DNA of 62,998 nt, counting the filler, from Octopus bimaculoides (Eukaryota), in NCBI RefSeq assembly GCF_001194135.2. It is 9 parts of 8 records of this genome, joined end to end, with 100 filler letters (N's around TTAATTAATTAA, not from the genome) between each part and the next. Parts side by side here need not be neighbours in the genome. Positions count along the whole stretch, not along the records: positions 1 to 5,901 come from NW_026379242.1; positions 6,002 to 20,236 come from NC_068999.1; 7 more parts are not named here. One strand, written 5' to 3'. Below, piece by piece: positions 1 through 10,959 of the stretch. The notes beneath the pieces were generated by a model. That model ran no database searches. It was given only the letters and a program-made list of their open reading frames with translations, and was not told the origin of the DNA. The position numbers were made by a program, and so were the translations under genes. Each line of letters begins with the position of its first letter. Position 1 is the stretch's first letter.

Positions 1-254
1 ATACTGTTGGTAAGAGGTGTAGGAAGAGGTAAGCATAGTAAGGGTGGTAGTAGTAGTTGTAGTAGTAGTGGTAGTATTAGTGATGGAGGTAGTTCTAGTC
101 GTAGCAGTAGTGGTGGTGGTTGATATAGTGGTCGTAGAAGTGGTTGCAGATGTAGTAGTAGTAGTAGTAAAAGCAATGTTTGTAATTGTAGTTGTATAGG
201 TGGTGGTGGACGTTGTAGTAGTAGTAGTAGTTAGTTGTTGTAGAAATGGTAGTG

Positions 255-301
<47 letters not shown>

Positions 302-394
302 TATGGTTGAGGTGATGGTAGTGGTTGTTGTGCTAGTGGTTTATATAAAGGTTATGGCAGTGGTGGTTGTGATTGTGTTTGCAATTTCAGCAGC

Positions 395-433
<39 letters not shown>

Positions 434-434
434 T

Positions 435-473
<39 letters not shown>

Positions 474-845
474 TTGGTGATGGTGGTGGTACTGGTTGTG
501 GTGTTGGTCGTGTAGATGGTGGACATTAGTGATGGTGGTAACGTTGTGGCAGTAGTAGTATATTTAGTGTATTGTGTTGGTGGTAGTGGTAGGTGGTTGT
601 ATGGCTGATGGTTGTGTTTTGTGTTGTAGGTGTTAGTGCGCGGGGGTTGGGGTGAGCGATGGTGATGATAGTGGGGTGGGTGAAGGTGATCTGTTGATTG
701 CGCGAGGGGTAGGGTGAGATAGTGTTGCTGCTGTGATGATGATGGTAGCGGTGGGGGATTTCTTGGAATATTCGTGATGGCGGTGAGGAATGGACAACAA
801 GCATGACTACAATGCCGGTTCGCTGGCGAAGTGATGTTGCTAATA
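1..845. repeat. (GTA)n/(GTG)n degenerate trinucleotide low-complexity tract
   Basis: Visible GTA/GTG/GAT runs; the poly-Val and poly-Thr ORFs here are by-products. Confidence 0.95.
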
Positions 846-857
846 TGAGTAATGGCA

Positions 858-1509
858 AAGGAGGCGAGCTGGCAGAATCGTTAGCGCGTCGGACGAAGTG
901 CACGGCGGCATTTGCGTCCGGTCTTTTACATTCTAAGTTCAAACTCCGCTGAGTTCAACTTCCGGAGTCGATAAAATTGGTACCAGTTGAACACTGAACG
1001 TTGATGTAATCGACTTACTCCTCCCCCCCTCTCCAGATTGGTTGGCCTTATACTAAAATTTGAAACGAGCAGGCAGGATCGTTAGCACGTCGGGCAAAAT
1101 GCTTAGCGGTATTTCGCTCGTCGCTACGTTATAAGTTCAAATTCTGCTGAGGTCGACTTTACTTTTCAGCCTTTCGTGGTCGATAAAATAAATACTAGTT
1201 GAACGCTGGCTCCGATGTAATCGATTCATCCCCTCCCCCCAAATTGCTACCCTTGTAGCAAAATTTGAAACTATCATCATCATCATCATTATCAAGGCAG
1301 TGAACTGGCAGAATTGGTTGAATGCCGGACAAAATACTTACCGGCATTTCATTCGTCTTTGCGTTTTGAGTTCAAATTCCACCGCGGTCGACTTTGCCTT
1401 TCATACTTTTGGAGTCGCTAAAATAAGCACCAGATGAGTAATGGGGTCGACGTAATCGACTTAAAACCCCTCCCCCGAAATTGCTGGCCTTGTGCCAAAA
1501 TTTGAAGCC
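858..1509 (+). mobile_element. Three head-to-tail copies of tRNA-derived SINE family A (~858-1066, 1066-1272, 1294-1509)
   Basis: Each has the head GGCGAGCTGGCAGAATCGTTAGC, B-box GAGTTCAAATTC, central GCCTTTCATCCTTTCGGGGTCGATAAA-like domain and tail ...AAAATTTGAAAC. Confidence 0.9.
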
Positions 1510-2049
1510 AATTTAATATTGTTAGTAGTATTAGGGTTTGACTTTCTAAACTGTAGTAGCCGTAGTAGTATTAACAGTTGCTTTTGTTGGTGGTGGTGGT
1601 GATGTTGAACCCCAGGCCAGCTTCGGTCAAGCCACAACCATCTCACTAGTGGATACCATGCTGTCTTTCTTTCGTGACATAGTGTAACCTGGACTACGTT
1701 ATCCAATGTACCTTTTCTTCAGGCGGTAGTGCGAGATTTGAGATTGATTCGGCCGCTGTTTCTAGCAATGAAGTGATGAAATCGGCTTATGTAGTTGTTT
1801 CTGCTGTTGTTGTAATGGAGCTGCTGGTCAGTCTTGACCTTTGATAAAAATATATTCCAGTCGTGACCATCTAGTATTTTTCTGTGTTCAAGGATAACAT
1901 TAGCAATGTGGTAGTGGTGCCATCGGATATAGGATAGTGTGTATATATAGGCACACACACACACACATGCATATGTTCATATGCATACACATGCGCGCGC
2001 GCGTGTGTGATTCTGTATAGGTACTTGTACATAAAGCCTGCGAAACATT

Positions 2050-2569
2050 AAATCTCATGGAGCCGAAACAAATGGCTTCTGATCTTAACTGATTGGAAGT
2101 GTTATCATGTACATTGTTTTGTCTTGGTATAAAAGATGGGCTACAGTAAATATTCTGCTTAATACCACAGATTTGCTTGTCAGTTGTTTGAACATTGCTG
2201 GCTGACCGTATGTGCATCTCTGATCACGGGCAGAAGTAGAGGGGGAACATCATAGCCATGTGTTGAAAGGAATTCTTTGAACTTTGAATAATTCACCTCT
2301 GGAAATATGGGTCTTTCATTCAACATCTTTAAACGACCCTTATTCAAGGACCATCTGAATGGGATGGGCTACTCGACCTGAAGAAAATTCTAACTGGACC
2401 CCACTTGCAAGGTCATACACTGTTTATCTTGATATGAGATCATATCGCGCACATGTGGTTGTGATGCATGTGCTTGGTGTACCCTTATCAGACAGGTAGC
2501 CACGATGGGTATACTGGGTTTTGTATATTTTACCCCAGTGCCACTTTGATGGCATGCTATACTCTCCCG

Positions 2570-2572
<3 letters not shown>
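2050..2572 (+). mobile_element. ~530-bp unclassified interspersed repeat ending in an (AAT)n tail
   Basis: Matches 32182-32725 in reverse complement and a fragment at 59040-59115; non-coding; followed by (AAT)n at 2573-2657. Confidence 0.8.
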
Positions 2573-2657
<85 letters not shown>

Positions 2658-2659
2658 GG

Positions 2660-3651
2660 CATGGAGTTTGGCAGAGATAAATGTGCAATATTAGTCATGA
2701 AAAAGGGACAGGTAGTCAACAGTGAAAGCATCCAATTACCAGATGGCCAGACATTAAAACCATTGAAAGGAGGAGAGTCTAGGAGTATTAGAATCTGACA
2801 GAGTAATAACTATAGAAATGAAAACAAAAATTGGAAAGAAGTACATCAGGAGAGTGAGAAAGCTAATGAAGTCAAAGATGAATAGTCCAAATCTAGTGAG
2901 AGTTGGAAATACTTCGGCAGTATTGTTACTTAGATACTTATCAGCTTGTGTAGATTGGACAAAAACTGAACTAACAAAGCAAGACAGAACTAGGAAGGAA
3001 TTCAATATGAATGGAGGCCTCGACCCAAGGGAAGGAGTAGCAAGATTATATCGATTTAGAAAGGAAGGTGGAAGAGGGTTAATATCAGTAGAAGACTGCG
3101 TGGAGTTACCTAGAGTAGATATAAACTCCTATGTAGGTAATAGTAAAGAAAGTTTATTAAAAGCTACAAAAGTCACAAGACATGGTGAATCCAAAAACTC
3201 AAACGAAGCTAAAAATCTGAAAAATGAACAGAAATTATCTGACTGGCAGAAGAAGGCATTGCATGGCAGATTCCCAAAGATAGTTGCACTAAATAGTAAT
3301 AGTGAGACATGGTTGGTAGCAGCATAATATCAAACACAAAGGACTAATTGGAAGAAAGCCAAGAATGGCAAAAACCAAGTAGATTCCCAATTTAGGTTTG
3401 CAAATTAAAAGAGGAAAGCGTTACTCATATAGTAAGTAAATGTAGCATGCTGACACAGAAAGAATACAAGAAAAGATATGACAACCTAGGGAGAATAATC
3501 CACTGGGAGTTATGTAGAAAGCTAGGATTTGAACATACTGATAAATGGTATGAATATGGACCTAGTAAAGTACTAGAAAGTAAGAAACACAAGAGGTTGT
3601 GGGACTTCACCATTCAGACTGACAAAGTAATAGAAGCAAGAAGGCTTGATT

Positions 3652-3686
<35 letters not shown>

Positions 3687-4048
3687 AGTAAAGAGAATAG
3701 AAAGTGCCAGATAATTGACTTTACAATCCTAAATGATTAAAAAATCAATGGGAGGTATAGAAAAAATAGCAAAGTACCAGGACCTAGCCATTGAATTACA
3801 GAGACTATGGAGAGTGCAGGTAAAATGTATCTCAGTAGTTATAGGTGCATTGGGAACTATCCCTAAAGATTTGAACAGATGGATAGAGGAAACAGGCATA
3901 AAACCCAGTTTAGTACAGCTGCAGAAAACAGTGTTATTAAGGACAGCTAGGATACTTGGGAGGGTTCTTGGCATCAAAGGCTACTTGTTGTAGCCCAATG
4001 TTAAGACTTTTTCTTTTCCAACAGTCTAATCTGTGCTGTGTACTTGAA
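2660..4048 (+). pseudogene. 5'-truncated R4/Dong-type (restriction-like endonuclease) non-LTR retrotransposon
   Basis: Broken ORFs 2818-3327, 3447-3740 and 3733-3993: RLY..RKEGGRGL (RT thumb), KEYKKRYDNLGRIIHWELC, WDFTIQTDKVIEARRLD (PD-(D/E)xK region), VVIGALGTIP. (AAT)n on both sides; (GTA)n expansion inside at ~3652-3686. Confidence 0.92.
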
Positions 4049-4088
4049 AATAATAATAATAATAATTATAATAATCATAATGACAATA

Positions 4089-4140
<52 letters not shown>

Positions 4141-4141
<1 letters not shown>

Positions 4142-5385
4142 GATGGTGTTGAAATCCAACCTGAATGCCAAAAATTTGATTACTACAATGAATATCTGGG
4201 CAGTTGCGGTGGTCGGATATAGTGCGTCCATCCTCAAATGGACTAAGGAGGAAATATCAACACTGGATAGAAGGATGAGTAAGTTGATGACGCTGCAAGG
4301 GGCGCTACACCCTAAAGCAAACGTGAACAGACTGTATATGAAAAGAAAGAATGGTGGCAGAGGACTAATTAGTACAGACCATTGTATAAGGAGTGAAAGG
4401 AGAGCGCTTGCCGAGTATTTGATAAATAGTGATGAAGACCAGATGCAATATGCTGCGAAAGATATGGGGGTAAATGCAGATGAAATGATGGGCGAGGAAG
4501 AGTTTAACCAAAGAGCCGAGGAGAAGAGAAAAGAAGACTTTCTTGAAATGAGCATACATAGACAGTATGGAAGGAATACGCAGAACGTTAAGAACAATAC
4601 AGCATTATGGGTATGGCTTGAGTGAGGTGATTTGAAACATACCACCGAAAGCATGATCATCGCTGCACAAGACCAGTCTCTCGCTACCAATTCAGTGTAG
4701 TATAACATCTATAAAACTTCTGACGTCCAGAAATGCAGACTCTGTGGAAAGAGTGGGGAAAATGTGACCCACTTGGTAAGTGGATGTGGGAGCCATGCAC
4801 AAAAAGAATACAAGCGCCGCCACGATAAAGTGTGTGTGTGTGTGTTCATTGGCTCTTACGCCGTAAATACCAATATGAAGTAACAGAGAACTGGTATGAG
4901 CAAAGTACCAAGTAAAGTTATGCAGGAAGATGGAAAAATAACGATACTCTAGGACTATTATTTTCAGAGGATCGTGTAATCGAACACCGTCGACCGGATA
5001 TTGTCATATTGAATAAGAAAGACAAATACTGTCAGGTCATTGATGTAGCCATACCAAATGACATGAATGTTGTGAGTAACGAGGTTGAAAAAATCCTCAA
5101 GTACTCCGAATTGAAAGTGGAAATGGCAAGACTGTATGGAATGCAAGAGGATAATGTAAAAGTGATACCAGTTGTGATCGGAGCGTTGGGTTCAATCCCA
5201 TTGAAACTTCAAGACTTCTTAAGGCAACTGGAAATCCCATGCAAGATTGATGTCTTGCAAAAAAAGCAGCCTTATTGGGCACAACGTACATCTTAAGGAA
5301 AGTATTATCTGTCTGAGGTCCTTGTTGTGACTTGACAGATGACTAAAGACTTCGGTGCAGTTTTACCTACACTGTATTACGAAGG
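4141..5385 (+). pseudogene. Second 5'-truncated R4/Dong-type retrotransposon (different subfamily)
   Basis: LHPKANVNRLYMKRKNGGRGL, CCHC knuckle CRLCGKSGENVTHLVSGC (~4730-4790), RRPDIV..K..K.CQVIDVAIPND, PVVIGALGSIP; (AAT)n tail at 5386-5523. Confidence 0.92.
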
Positions 5386-5449
5386 AATAATAATAATAAT
5401 AATGATAATAATAATAATAATAATAATGATAATAATAATAATAATAATG

Positions 5450-5513
<64 letters not shown>

Positions 5514-5523
5514 TAATAATAAT

Positions 5524-5717
5524 CCTTTCTACTATAGGCACAAGGCCTGAAATTTCGGGGGAGGGATCTAGTCGATTAGATCGATCACAGTACGTAACTG
5601 GTAATTATTTCATTATTTCAAAGTCCACCCCTACGGAATCATGAACTCAGATTACAAAGACCATCGAAATGCCGCTAAGCATTTCGCCCGGCAACGATTC
5701 TGCCAGCTCGCCGCCCT
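5524..5717 (-). mobile_element. SINE family A, degenerate
   Basis: Reverse complements of the family A tail (ctttctactataggcacaaggcctgaaa) and head (ttctgccagctcgccgcc). Confidence 0.8.
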
Positions 5718-5901
5718 AATACTAGTAACGCAATACAATACCGAGAAGAGTTTGCGTCACAGAAAACAACACACAACGCTACGCGCAGCTCAGCAATACG
5801 GAAGTGTAGCAGGTGATGCAGTAGAAATTTGCCTCAGACGACTAAATGTCGAACAACAACAACAACAACAACAACAATAATGGTTTCAAATTTTGCCACA
5901 A

Positions 5902-6001
5902 NNNNNNNNNNNNNNNNNNNNNNNNNNNNNNNNNNNNNNNNNNNNTTAATTAATTAANNNNNNNNNNNNNNNNNNNNNNNNNNNNNNNNNNNNNNNNNNN
6001 N
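5902..6001. other. Artificial contig spacer (44 N + TTAATTAATTAA + 44 N); also at 20237-20336, 23568-23667, 30098-30197, 37132-37231, 41200-41299, 51877-51976 and 61564-61663
   Basis: An identical 12-mer with stop codons in all six frames, centred in 100-nt N runs eight times. Confidence 0.97.
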
Positions 6002-6074
6002 TTCTTTTTTTTTAAAAGTCGATAGAAGTACCAACAGATCACCGGGGCTGATGTAATTGACTTAAGCGTCCCCA

Positions 6075-6232
6075 ACCTTTCGAGTTCTTTTACAGGACTT
6101 CGAAAAATTGAAGGACTGCTACCATAAAAGTATGTGAATTTGACAGGAGAATATGTTGAATAAAATCATAATTAACTGATCCTCCCGTTTTTACTTTTAC
6201 CCAAAACCAGGAACTTTTCATCATCCCCTTGC
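6075..6232 (+). mobile_element. Partial Tc1/mariner-derived MITE
   Basis: Same sequence as the right half of the 9372-9583 MITE (gaatatgttgaataaaatcataatta...ccaggaacttttca). Confidence 0.75.
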
Positions 6233-6693
6233 ACACACACCTATGTATTCGGTAATTTTACAAACACTGAAGCGACGATTTTCACAGATCAACTCAAAAT
6301 ATCAGGGTTGTTTCTCCTGCTTTTCTTGACCAGACTTGACCGTCATACTAATGAATATATCCCATAGATGTAATTATAATCAATCTAAATTACTTGGTCC
6401 ACTTCATTATGCAGATAGACATTCACTTGACCTCTTGAAAACAGTCTAATCGTTCGTATCTAAATTTTACACTTCAGTTCGTTCATTTACAATCTGATTA
6501 CCTTCAACTTCCTAAATTTAATACAGTTTACATATCTTGCCAGGATTTCATCCCAGAACATTATATTAGCGCGTCCTAGAACTATCAATGAATAAAGACT
6601 CCTGATGATGTTCGGAAATGCATTGAAGAAAATATATTCCTGAAAAATGATATTTAATAATTCAGAAATACAATTCTACACTAAAACATATAT

Positions 6694-7243
6694 AAGTAAT
6701 GTTTTGCCACTTCAACATGGCTGTTCCGTACGGAACTACGTTACTTCCATTTTTTTAAACCCAGGAGGACATCTCCAACTGGCTAACGACACAACCTGTG
6801 TCCGATATATTACGATCAGGGGAACGAACTCCTACCATCTCATGGTGACAAGACCAGCAGACCAGTCTGGTTTCAGAGCGATTCCCTTCGTCAGTACTGG
6901 AAACCTGTCTGCTAAACATGGTAGCCGTTCGTCCTAGCTCGCAGTATTTAGAAAAACAAACAACATTCAACCGCTGATTTTGCAACAAAGTAGCTAGTTC
7001 TAAAATCTCTATAAGAGATACAAGTAGGAACAATACTGAAAAGTAATGTTTGTTGCCGCTTCAATATGGCTGTTCTGTACAGAAATTCGTTACTACCATC
7101 TGAAGAAGATATCCTCCTGGAGTTAAAAAAATGGTAGTAACGTCGTTCCATACGGAACAGTTATGTTGAAGTGCCAACTAACATTAATCTTCAGTATTGT
7201 TACTACTTACACTTTTATAGAGATTTTAGATCTAGCTACTTTG
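6694..7243. mobile_element. HHR-bearing element with direct (period ~347 bp) and inverted terminal duplications; retrozyme- or Penelope-pLTR-like
   Basis: 6694-6750 recurs at 7041-7097; 6986-7099 is inverted against 7131-7243; 6694-6776 is inverted against 7103-7190; HHR inside. Confidence 0.7.
6847..6909 (-). ncRNA. Type I hammerhead ribozyme, canonical core, predicted cleavage after GUC (between 6860 and 6859)
   Basis: Minus strand reads GACAGG-UUU-CCAGUA CUGACGA AGGG-AAUCG-CUCU GAA ACCA-GAC-UGGU C UGCUGG-U-CUUGUC. All three helices pair and all conserved core nucleotides are present. Confidence 0.88.
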
Positions 7244-7247
7244 CTTA

Positions 7248-7271
7248 TACATACATACATACATACATACA

Positions 7272-7300
<29 letters not shown>
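7248..7300. repeat. (ATAC)n microsatellite
   Basis: Direct reading. Confidence 0.95.
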
Positions 7301-7304
<4 letters not shown>

Positions 7305-7373
7305 GTCAAATAAAATGAGACAGCAAAGCCGAGGCAGTGTGAAATTTCTAGGACATTTATAAAGAGAAAGGTA

Positions 7374-7421
7374 GTCTTACAGCTGTTTCAGGTATATAAA
7401 AGATATTCCATCATCAGAGAC
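7374..7421 (-). ncRNA. Minimal type I hammerhead motif (Penelope-type, palindromic AGCU loop III)
   Basis: GUCU CUGAUGA U-GGAAUAU-CUUUU-AUAUACC-U GAAAC AGCU GUA AGAC. Stem I GUCU/AGAC pairs; non-canonical U.U at the base of stem II. Confidence 0.7.
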
Positions 7422-7834
7422 GATGAGAGAGTTCAATAGAAAGAAATAGTAGAGTTCAATATAAGAAGTTATTTTGGAAAGGGAGAGATATAAGAAGTGT
7501 ACAAGAAAATATGAGAAAAAAATATATGTTGAATGTTAAAGTTGTTGTTCCATTATCCAAGGAATGAACTGTGTACAACGGGTAAAGAGGTTTCTTGTTC
7601 ATGGTATATAAATTCCGATAGGAGTTCATATTTTGTGATTACAACTGGATAGTGTGCAGATATTAATTCCATGTGCTATTCATTCAAAGGTATCTTGTAG
7701 TGTAATGGAACAGCAACTTTAACATTCAACATATTTTTTTTCTCATATTTCGTATACTTCCGATATCTCTCCCTTTCCAAAACAACTCCTTATATTGAAC
7801 TCTACTATTTCCTTCTATTTAACTCTCTCATATC

Positions 7835-7882
7835 GTCTTTGATGATGGGATATCTTTTATATCCCTGAAACAGCTGTAGGAA
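7835..7882 (+). ncRNA. Minimal hammerhead motif, inverted partner copy (C3U variant)
   Basis: GUCU UUGAUGA U-GGGAUAU-CUUUU-AUAUCCC-U GAAAC AGCU GUA GGAA; perfect 7-bp stem II. Confidence 0.6.
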
Positions 7883-8113
7883 AACCTTTCTCTTTATAAA
7901 TGCCCTAGAAATTTCACACTGCCTTGGTTTTGTTGTTTCATTTTATTTAACATATATATACGCTCTCACACGACGTGCATTAGACTCCTCACGCATACTA
8001 TTATCGAACCGGGAGTCTAATAGCGACCCTTCCGTAGCACTTACATAGCCATACCTACCTTTTGGGTCTTCTGGATACCAAAACCTCTCATATGTATTAT
8101 ATATGTATATATA

Positions 8114-8321
8114 GGCGCAGGCGTGACTATGTGGTAAGAAGCTTGTTTCCCAACCACATGGTTCAGAGTTCAATCCCACTGCGTGGCATCTTGGGCAAGT
8201 GTTTTCTTCAGTTGCCTCGGGCCGACCGATTTGTGAGTGGATTTGATAGACAGAAACTGATAGGTCGAAATGTGTGTGTGTGTGTGTGTGTGTGTGAGAA
8301 NNNNNNNNNNNNNNNNNNNNN

Positions 8322-8360
<39 letters not shown>

Positions 8361-8600
8361 CGTGTGTGTGTGTGTTTCTCCCACATCACTGCTTGACAAC
8401 CTGTGTTGGTGTATTTACGTCCCCGTAACTTAGTGGTTCAGCAAAAGAGACCGATAGAATAAGTACTAGGCTTTAACATAAGTGCTGGGGTCGATTTGTT
8501 CGACTAAACAAACCTTTCAAGGCGGTAATCCAGCATGGCCGCGGTCAAATGACTGAAACAAATAAAAGAATAAAAGAAAGTAAAAGAATATAAAAGAAAT
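8114..8600 (+). mobile_element. tRNA-derived CORE-type SINE family B with central (TG)n
   Basis: Head GGCGCAGG..TGTGGTAAGAAGC, B-box GTTCAATCCC, CORE-like CTTGGGCAAGTGT, 3' CAGCATGGCCGCGGTCAAATGACTGAAAC-AAAAGA tail. Confidence 0.9.
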
Positions 8601-9371
8601 ATGTTTTTAGTTTGGCAGAATTAATCATGGAGAATAAATCCAGTCTTTTTTTGATGACTGATCTCGCCCAAAGGTTACCCAACGCTCCCCTTATGTTTGT
8701 ATTTTAAATTGATTTGCACCGAAGCAGACAATAGTTAGCTTAACCACTCCAGTAATTATCAATTTCTAATCAGACATGTAGGAAACGTTCTCTCTTGTTC
8801 CACCATTATCTTATCTAAACGAACGAACGGTTTAATAATTATAACTGTAATTTATCATTTTCTTTCATTAGTATTATCGGTATGAACAATAAAACAATAA
8901 GGTAGGAACTAACATACTTAATATAGTGACTCAGAGCATTTTAATTATTTCAAACTACACCCTTAGTGACGAGATAAAAATATCATTAACTTAATAGTTA
9001 ATTTAGCAGATAGTGAAAAAGATAAATAGATGTTAATTCTGTTTTTTAGAATTTACGGGACACAAATCATGTCCAAGCTGGAAAAGTCGCTAAATACAAG
9101 TGATTTTGAAACATTTGTATATTACTTATGGTTCATCATTGTATATTAACATTAGCTAATCAATCGACCACAGACGAAAAGCAATGGAGATGTCGGTAAA
9201 ATTCGAACTCAAAAATAGAATGTCGAAAGAAAATGCTGTGAAGAGTAGAAGACCCTACCAACTCCCTGTATGCTGACCTCCAGATCTCACTTAAATTCAA
9301 GCTCCTTTCACACTGGTTCGCGAACAGTGTGTTGCAAGGAGTATCTGAATGCATCGCGAATATTTAAAAAC

Positions 9372-9583
9372 TACGATGGGGTGCTGAAAAGTTCCTGGCT
9401 TTAAGAGTGTCGCGAAAAGCCTGGTTGGAGGCCCAACCTTCCTAGTTCTTTTACAGGACCTAGAAAAACTGAAGGACCGCTACAGTGTGTGAATCTGAGA
9501 GGGGAATACGTTGTCTAAAATCATAATTAAGTGATCCTCCTGTGTTTTCTTTTTCACAAAACCAGGAACATTTCAGCACTCCA
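9372..9583 (+). mobile_element. Tc1/mariner-derived MITE
   Basis: TIR TACGA(T/G)GGGGTGCTGAAAAGTTCCTGG and its reverse complement; remnant of a mariner C-terminus (CVNLRGEYV). Confidence 0.8.
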
Positions 9584-10924
9584 GCTCTTCGAAACGCCTG
9601 TGTTAGAATGGTGGCAGCTGATGAAGGAAAATGTTCTCTATGTGGCCTGTGTGTTTTCTGTACTCTGGTTGTTATTATTTTTTTGTCTACGTTTTGTTTG
9701 CAACGTCCTGTACCCAGATATGCACCTATATATACAGGTAGATGTAGGTATGCACATACTTGTACGTATATATGCATATACTCATTTNNNNNNNNNNNNN
9801 NNNNNNNNNNNNNNNNNNNNNNNNNNNNNNNNNNNNNNNNNNNNNNNNNNNNNNNNNNNNNNNNNNNNNNNNNNNNNNNNNNNNNNNNNNNNNNNNNNNN
9901 NNNNNNNNNNNNNNNNNNNNNNNNNNNNNNNNNNNNNNNNNNNNNNNNNNNNNNNNNNNNNNNNNNNNNNNNNNNNNNNNNNNNNNNNNNNNNNNNNNNN
10001 NNNNNNNNNNNNNNNNNNNNNNNNNNNNNNNNNNNNNNNNNNNNNNNNNNNNNNNNNNNNNNNNNNNNNNNNNNNNNNNNNNNNNNNNNNNNNNNNNNNN
10101 NNNNNNNNNNNNNNNNNNNNNNNNNNNNNNNNNNNNNNNNNNNNNNNNNNNNNNNNNNNNNNNNNNNNNNNNNNNNNNNNNNNNNNNNNNNNNNNNNNNN
10201 NNNNNNNNNNNNNNNNNNNNNNNNNNNNNNNNNNNNNNNNNNNNNNNNNNNNNNNNNNNNNNNNNNNNNNNNNNNNNNNNNNNNNNNNNNNNNNNNNNNN
10301 NNNNNNNNNNNNNNNNNNNNNNNNNNNNNNNNNNNNNNNNNNNNNNNNNNNNNNNNNNNNNNNNNNNNNNNNNNNNNNNNNNNNNNNNNNNNNNNNNNNN
10401 NNNNNNNNNNNNNNNNNNNNNNNNNNNNNATCTACACATATGTATACATATACATGTATGCATATAGATCTATATCTATATATATCTATGCATATACGTG
10501 TACATATACACGTATATGTATACATATACATCTCTTTCTCTCTCTTTCTCTCTTTCTCTCTTTCTCTTTCTCTCTCTCTCTGAAAGAATCTGTCATTACA
10601 GTATCAAAATGTGATTGTTTCAGTTAGTGGAATAGTTTCATTTTTAAAGTGAAAGTATTTGACATGAGTGTTTTTGTTTCACTTTTGACACGTAATACTT
10701 AAATAGTGGAGGAGATATTATGTTGCCGTGGGCTCGAACTCTGCAAGAAGTTAAATTTTTTTTTGACTAAAACACAACTGGAACCCTAAGTAAGGCATCT
10801 GTAAAATTTGAATGAAATTGGTTGCGTAGTTCTCGAGTTTTAGGGATTCACACAGACAGACAGACAGACAGACAGACAGAAACATATTCTCATTTTTATA
10901 TATATAGATACACATACACACACA

Positions 10925-10959
<35 letters not shown>

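Larger units (their letters stand above)
7299..7957. mobile_element. Palindromic element: ~255-bp inverted arms (7299-7555 / 7703-7957), each with a minimal HHR
   Basis: Arms align in reverse complement along their whole length, with a ~147-bp spacer. Confidence 0.85.

Noticed and set aside
246-942. Poly-Val/Thr and His-rich ORFs
   Set aside because: Translations of trinucleotide repeats and an antisense SINE head; no domain.
1550-1935. Unique sequence with minus-strand ORFs of ~80 aa
   Set aside because: No recognisable motif or convincing splice sites; cannot support an exon call.
6602-6625. CTGATGA...GAAA near 6602
   Set aside because: No stem II or stem I can form.
9585-9640. GAAACGCCTGTG followed by CTGATGA
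   Set aside because: GUG triplet and no closing GAAA after stem II; not a foldable HHR.
9531-10627. Long ORFs spanning N gaps (also near 17.5, 34.3, 44.2, 45.1, 50.4 and 55.3 kb)
   Set aside because: Artefacts of translating N runs.
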